Positions 53,235 to 64,000 of a stretch of 64,000 bases of DNA are shown in pieces. The translations under genes were made by a program, and so were the position numbers. The notes beneath the pieces were generated by a model. The model was not told where the DNA came from. It ran no database searches and was given only the letters and a program-made list of their open reading frames with translations. The stretch comes from the human T2T-CHM13v2.0 reference genome, Homo sapiens, in assembly GCA_009914755.4 (NCBI GenBank), contig CP086569.2, forward strand, positions 21,344,001 through 21,408,000, in the 5' to 3' direction. Numbering within the stretch: the first letter of the stretch is position 1; the number at the start of each line of letters is the position of its first letter.

Positions 53235-54335
53235 CTATTTTTTATTTTAAATTTTAGATTTTGTGGATACATAGTAGGTATATATATTTATGGGGAAAAT
53301 TACATATTTTGTTACAGGGATGCAGAGAGTGATAATCACAATAATAAGGAATGCGACATACATCCCCTCAGGCATTTATCTTTTGTATTGGCAACAGTTC
53401 AATTAAAGTGTTTTAGTAATTTTAAACATACAGTTAAATTATTATTAAATATAGCCATTCTGTTGTGCTATCAAATACTAGGTCCTGTTCTTCCTTTCTA
53501 ATTATTTTTGTACCCATCCCCCCCTCGCACATCATCCCCACTACCCATCCGAGCCTCTGGCAACCATCTTTCTACTCTTTATCTCCATTAGTCCAATTAT
53601 TTTGATTTTTAGATCCCACAAATAAGTGAGAACATGTGATGCTTGACCTCTAGTTTCATCCATGTTTCAAATAACAGAATCTCATTTTCTTTATGCATAA
53701 ATAGTACTCCACTCCATTGTACCACATTTTCTTGATCCGGTCATCTATTAAACAGGAATGTAAAATAGTACATTCCTGGTGAATCACTGATCATCAGGGA
53801 AATGCAACATCAACATCATTAATCATCTGGGAAATGCACATTAAAATTACAGGGAGATACCATCTCATGCCTGTTAAAATGGCTTGTAGCAAAAAGACAG
53901 GTAATAACAACTGGCTTATAGCCAAAAGACAGGCAATAACAACTGGCTTATAGCCAAAAGACAGGCAATAACAACTGGCTTATAGCCAAAAGACAGGCAA
54001 TAAGAATTTCTGACAAGGATGTGGACAAAGACAGGCAATAACAATTGGCTTATAGCCAAAAGGATGTGGAGAAAGGCAATAAAAATTGGCTTATAGCCAA
54101 AAGACAGGAATAACAATTTCTGACAAGGATGTGGAGAAGATGGAACTTTGTATGAACAGTTTTGAGGTCTCTCAAAAAACTAAAAATAGAGATACCATAT
54201 GGTCAACTAATCCCATTGCTGGGTATACACTCAAAAGAAAGAAAATCAGTGTGTTGAAGAGTTTGTTATAGCACTGTTCACCATTGCTAATATCTGAAAG
54301 CAACCTGTGCCTATCAACAGAATAAACTTCTATTA
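53235..54335 (-). mobile_element. Old L1 (L1PB/L1MA-type) 3'-terminal insertion with a twin-priming inversion. The minus-oriented direct segment is 53235-53760 (terminal about 520 bp of the 3'UTR). The inverted plus-oriented segment is 53770-54335 (ORF2 C-terminal region). It contains an internal tandem array at 53893-54115
   Basis: 53480-53640 reads tacccatccccccctcgcacatcatccccactacccatccgagcctctggcaaccatctttctactctttatctccattagtccaattattttgatttttagatcccacaaataagtgagaacatgtgatg, the reverse complement of an old L1 3' end. 53770 onward translates to LIIWEMHIKITGRYHLMPVKMACSKKTGNNNW ... PIAGYTLKRKKISV (L1 ORF2). The two segments abut in L1 coordinates at IKKMWY / STDEW. Confidence 0.75.
53893..54115 (+). 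repeat. Tandem array of about 30 bp (about 4 units) plus longer 60-bp units, derived from the L1 ORF2 KKTGNN..CGE segment
   Basis: caaaagacaggcaataacaactggcttatagc x3, then ...caaggatgtggacaaagacaggcaataacaattggcttatagccaaaaggatgtggagaaaggcaataaaaattggcttatagccaaaagacaggaataacaatttctgacaaggatgtggagaag. Confidence 0.85.
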
Positions 54336-55734
54336 TTATTTAAGTTAAGTTGATGTTAGCCTCACACAGATTCTTCAGCAACTATTCCAGTAGAATACAT
54401 TGTTGTCATGGGAGATAACAGCTGCACACCTGTCATTCAAAGATGTAAGACAGCTCCACACCTGTTTACTTGAAAAGCTTTCAGTAAGACAAGGTGTGAA
54501 GGTGGAAAGTGGCTATATTGACATGTAACACAGTACAGGCCTAGTACAACATGCATGTTTGTAGCTCAGTTTTTATAATGTTGTAAATGTAAAAAAAAAA
54601 TTAAAAACATTCATAAGAATGTACAGAAATAAGATATTGTTTGTGCACCAGTACAATATACTTGTATTATAATTTTAAGTTAAATTATTAGAATATAAAT
54701 TTTAACAGAATTTCCAAGTTTATGGAGTGAAAAATCTACAGTATCTGGTAAGTTTTTGAAGAATGACACTTTATAAGATAAATTTAATGCAGCCTAAGTA
54801 TATAGTATTTATAATGCATAGTAGTGTACAGCAGGGCACTGGGCCTTCACATTCATTTACCATTCACTCACTGACTTACCCAGAACATCTTTCTGTCCTG
54901 CATTCTTCTCTCATTGTAAGTACTCTATATAGGTGTACCATATTTCACATCCTACATAACATGTTTACTGTACTTTTTAAATTTTTACACATGCTTAGAT
55001 GTAAAAATACTACTTTGTTATAATTGGCTTCAATATTTAGTATAGTAATAAATAGGATTGCAGCCTACAATGGATAGGCTATATGTTATAACTTTGGCAT
55101 GTAGTAGGCTATATTTATTTGTGAAAGTAAACTCTAAATTGTTCACTCAATAATGGAATTGCCAAAAATGCCTTTAAATCATTAAAAAATGCTTTAATGT
55201 ATTTGTAATTAGTTTGCATTGGTGGTGCCAGTGGGAGAATGGGAAGCTTGTCTTACTTTTTCCTTCAATCCACACACTTTCTGTAGCCCCAGAGTAGTTA
55301 ATTTATAGTATTTATTTTCTTAGATGATGCATTACTAGGGCTTTTATAAGGGAAAGAGGAAGTGGCAGGAACTCCCAGAGAAACAGGGTGTAACCACACT
55401 AAAAAATTGAAAAGCAGTTGCTCTGGTTTCTCTTCTAGCAGGATGCTATATAACATGCTTTTTTTTCTTACCTCTATAGACCTTTGAATTCAATAGCAAA
55501 TATTTTCTGCAGGACTCCTCCATGTCATCTAGGTTCAGACACTCACCCAGCATCTCTTTATTCAGGCATCAACCTGTACTCTGCATGTACATTGCATGTA
55601 CATCTACCACAATGTTTGGTCCTTGGTGATGTTGTCGAACCTATCTATAGAAGGAACAGGTGGTCAAATGTTAATATGCTTTTCAACTTGTTCCACTAGT
55701 GTATTAAATAGATGCATTTTATCCATATACACTA

Positions 55735-55752
55735 GCCTCAATGTATTCTCTC
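55735..55752. repeat. (TC)n short microsatellite
   Basis: tctctctctctctttcc. Confidence 0.8.
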
Positions 55753-58374
55753 TCTCTCTTTCCTTTTATTGTCTATTAGATGAACAAACCGAGGCAGAAT
55801 ATCTTGCCCCTAGGATTCCTGTCTGTAAAAACCAACAGTAGCATTTTCATTTGTTCCTGGGACATTACAGAAAATGGGGGGCACTTGCTCAAGAGATTTC
55901 CCACCGTGAACACTGAGAAAGAATCCATGTTCAAAACTTAGAACTACATTACTGTAGGCTTCTAGGGGTTTCTGGGGATAGCAGCTAGGAATGGATGAGG
56001 GAAAATCTTAAACTGGATTATCTCAGGTATGGAAGGTTAAGTTATTCTATCCTGCCCTGCTTCTCACTCTATTCTGCCTATTCCTTTTCTTTGGTTTCAG
56101 TATTGAATGCAAGACAGTATTCCCTTTGCTAAGTGTACTGCTGGTCTAGAAAATATTTAGTAATATGCAGATTGTCTAGCAGGATGATTTTTAGGGGTTC
56201 ACATTTTCTAGTTTATAAGATCTTTCCCTGGAAACATCTCTTTCCCAATATTAGATATTGGCCAATATCCAAGTTGCAGCTTTGAAACCTTAGGAAGTCT
56301 CTTTGGACCACAGTGCTTATGTAGATTGCCTTTCTTCAGAGGAGATGCAGAGAAATGCTTGGGAAATGCATTTCCCCCATCTTGACATCTAATTTAGAAC
56401 AAAAATATTTTCTCACCTAGAAAAATATTGTTTCCTTTGAAAGGAGACAGTTCTCAGTCTTCTTTGCAACTTCCTATTAACCAATGACTGCTTTCTTACT
56501 TTACCCTATTCAAACTGTTTTCCTGCATGGGAGAGTTGTGCCTTTTTTCAACCTCAATTACCTTTCTGAAATGTAAAGGGAAAGGGAAAGCTTTCTGACT
56601 TAATTATAATAACTCTAGGCTCTGGCAATGTGTGTTTGATTCTTTCTGGAGATAAAGTACACTACCATGTGTTTCTTCCTCTTGAGAGCAGTAAAAAGTG
56701 GAGTGGGAGCCATTGAGATGAGAGAAAAAGGAAATCATAACTCTCTGATGTATTTTGTGCTGGTGATTTCTCCATCAGGGAGACAAGCTTGAGCTTAATT
56801 ACTGTCCAATGGAGTTAAACCCCTTGGCTGGGGAAGGGGAAATCTCCCATGGCATGTGGCAGAAAATGCCAGCCAGATGCCCTGGGTGCCTTGGGTCATG
56901 CATCCCAGCCCAGCAGGGAGGGGAGAAGTGAAAAACTGCTGCTCACTAGTCCGTCTTGTAAAAGGAATGAAGGCCATGTAAAGGACCCAGACCCCTTAAG
57001 CTCAGATGTTCGAAGATAAAAAGGCTTACAAACCACAGTGAGAGGTTTTGATTCCCTATTTTCCTCACCACTTCTTCAGGCCCCACATGGCATGCCTAAA
57101 AATATCGCAGGACATTTCCTTAGTTCAGCTAAAGATAAGATCCTTGTCTCATAACCACAAAAATTTAGTCTCACAGATGGTTTGAAAGGTGAGTAAAGCA
57201 AGGCTTTATTGGGTGAAATTTTTTTAAAAAAGGAAAAATAGGGACTCTCCACAAGGCTAGAGTTCCTCTCATTTGCTTCCCGCCTCACAGTTTGAATTCC
57301 AGGTTTTACACAGGAATAGGAGGGGCAAGGCTTCTCCCCACTGCAAATGTCATGAACTTCCGTGGCTCCATCTCAGTGTGCATTCCTCCCAGTGTGCAGG
57401 TTCGCTGACATTTTGCAAGAAACCCCCTCACAACTTTCTGTCTCAGCATAAAATCAGAATAAAGCTATCATTCTTTCTTGTGGTCTTTAGTGCAGCTCTC
57501 TTTCTAAAGTCCTAAAAGATAAAGACAAATGCAATAGAAATTGCCACACATTGCTTCAGTAATGTTCACAAAACCATAATGTTTTAGAAGCCACTCCTCT
57601 CTTTTTTTCCCCTAAGTTGGATACATATTTAGAGTATCCATGAGACAAATTACAGGAATACAAGCTGTCTCAAATCATTAAAACCACATGGGCATCCCAC
57701 CCAGAAAGCTGGCTAAGTGACTTGGTGTCACCTTGTTCACAGCAGAAGTTGTAGTCTACAGCCTCTATTCTTGCCACCAAACTTTTGATTTCCAATGAGA
57801 ATTAAAAGCCCACAGTTCCAGCATGCAGGCCACATGTCTGAAAACAACCTTTAAAACTACAACCCAGAACAAAGGAAGGGACTGTGATTCTTAGAGAAGT
57901 AAGTGCTTTTCAACTTCAAATCTCAGGCCAAGCATAGGCTCATTTAGGAATTTGGTGCCACTAGCATGAGGCAAAACATATATTAGAGAAGACTCACTCT
58001 GAAATAAAACCATGTAACAGGTTTTTACCAGAGAAACTAAGTGACCTAGGCTGAGTAGGCAAAATGAGCCCAGCAGCCCCCAGTCAAACTTGGGCAAAAA
58101 AGTCACCAGCCAATAAGTTTTTCTGTGACACTCACAAGGCTAAAGTTTATTTTCCCCTGTGGATAAAGCAGTTTTTATGAAAAGAAAATAGTAAAATAAC
58201 TATTTCATTGGTCTCTTTTTTCATAATCAAGATAATCTTGAATTAGTTAACAGCATAAAAATTTTTATATCAACACTAGTAGCAAAGTCAGCCAATTCAA
58301 ACTAAGCAAAAAATACATATGTAAGCAAAAGTATGTATACTTTATAGTTGTAGACTTTTAAAAATAACGATTTG

Positions 58375-58690
58375 TGGACCAGACACTATGGCTCTCACCT
58401 GTACTCCCAGAACTTGGGGAGCCTGCGGCAGGCAGATCACTTGATCTTGGGAGTTCAAAACCAGCCTGGCCAATGGTATGAAACCTGTCTCTAAAAAAAA
58501 AATACTAAAAATTAGCCAGATATGGTAGCATGTGCCTATAGTCCCAGCTGCTCAGGAGGCTGAGGCATGATAATCACTTGAACCCAGGAGGCAGAGGTTT
58601 TAGTAAGCCAAAATTGCACCACTGTACTCTATTCCAGGTGACAGATGAACATGGTCCTGACATAAAGCAATACAAATAAAAACAAAATAA
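58375..58690 (+). mobile_element. Alu SINE
   Basis: ggaccagacactatggctctcacctgtactcccagaacttggggagcctgcggcaggcagatcacttga ... A-rich tail. Confidence 0.85.
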
Positions 58691-59067
58691 CTATTTGAGC
58701 ACTATACATGAAATGTTTCTTGATGTAATTTGGCCATTCAATATAAAATGTGCACTAAAACAGGCCATCCTTTGTAACTAGATGAAGTCTAAGAAAACTT
58801 GGCAAACAATGTTTAAGAGTTTCATTTTGATAATTTCAATGTCATTTCTCTTTTGGTAAGTTTCTCTAGTTCAGGGAGATATTTGATGGATTGCTGATTA
58901 AAAATCAGTTCTCTGGTGCCTTGTCTTTGTTTTGATTTTCATTTTAAATTATTTGTTTCTCATCGGTACAGCTACAGAGAGAATTTTTAAATCCAGACTT
59001 TTAAAAATCACAAACTTTATCAATGAATCTTGAGTCCCTAGAAAGAAGTATTATGACACCAGAGTAG

Positions 59068-59391
<324 letters not shown>

Positions 59392-59407
59392 AAGAGAGAT
59401 GAAATGG

Positions 59408-64000
<4,593 letters not shown>

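Larger units (their letters stand above)
47320..57070. repeat. Copy B of the ancient tandem duplication. It carries later insertions: an Alu at 51742-52028, an AT-rich tract at 52790-53170 and an old L1 at 53235-54335
   Basis: See copy A; the far end (about 56.3-57.1 kb) is less certain. Confidence 0.65.

Noticed and set aside
53893-54115. Regularly spaced direct repeats resembling a CRISPR-like array
   Set aside because: The units are contiguous head-to-tail with no unique spacers. They lie inside an L1 ORF2 remnant in a clearly eukaryotic genome, so this is a minisatellite-type tandem duplication.

Overview
This window is primate (almost certainly human) nuclear DNA, not a prokaryotic or viral locus. 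It is AT-rich and CpG-poor. No CpG island, host exon, tRNA/rRNA gene or CRISPR array is detectable. Roughly 60% of the window is LINE-1 sequence. There are five large L1 bodies: three show the 5'-inversion signature of twin priming and two are full-length copies with a 5'UTR. A sixth L1 runs off the 3' edge of the window. There are also several 5'-truncated or ancient L1 fragments, eight Alu elements, and microsatellites. Every long ORF in the supplied six-frame track is an L1 ORF1 or ORF2 remnant on either strand. I do not call any of them host genes. Three structures are not explained by simple TE insertions: an ancient, heavily diverged tandem duplication of a ~7.5 kb unit (about 39.8-47.3 kb and 47.3-57 kb); an almost perfect 89-bp direct repeat whose copies lie 6.7 kb apart (1171-1260 and 7918-8007); and a ~30-bp tandem array that arose inside an old L1 (53.9-54.1 kb). 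All TE classifications rest on my recognition of consensus-like sequence, such as the YXDD reverse-transcriptase motif region (seen as FADD/FAED/FAHD in these copies), the L1 5'UTR start GGAGCCAAGATGGCC and Alu GGCTCACGCCTGTAATCC boxes. Coordinates are approximate to about 10 bp. I found no evidence for a novel defence or other biological system.
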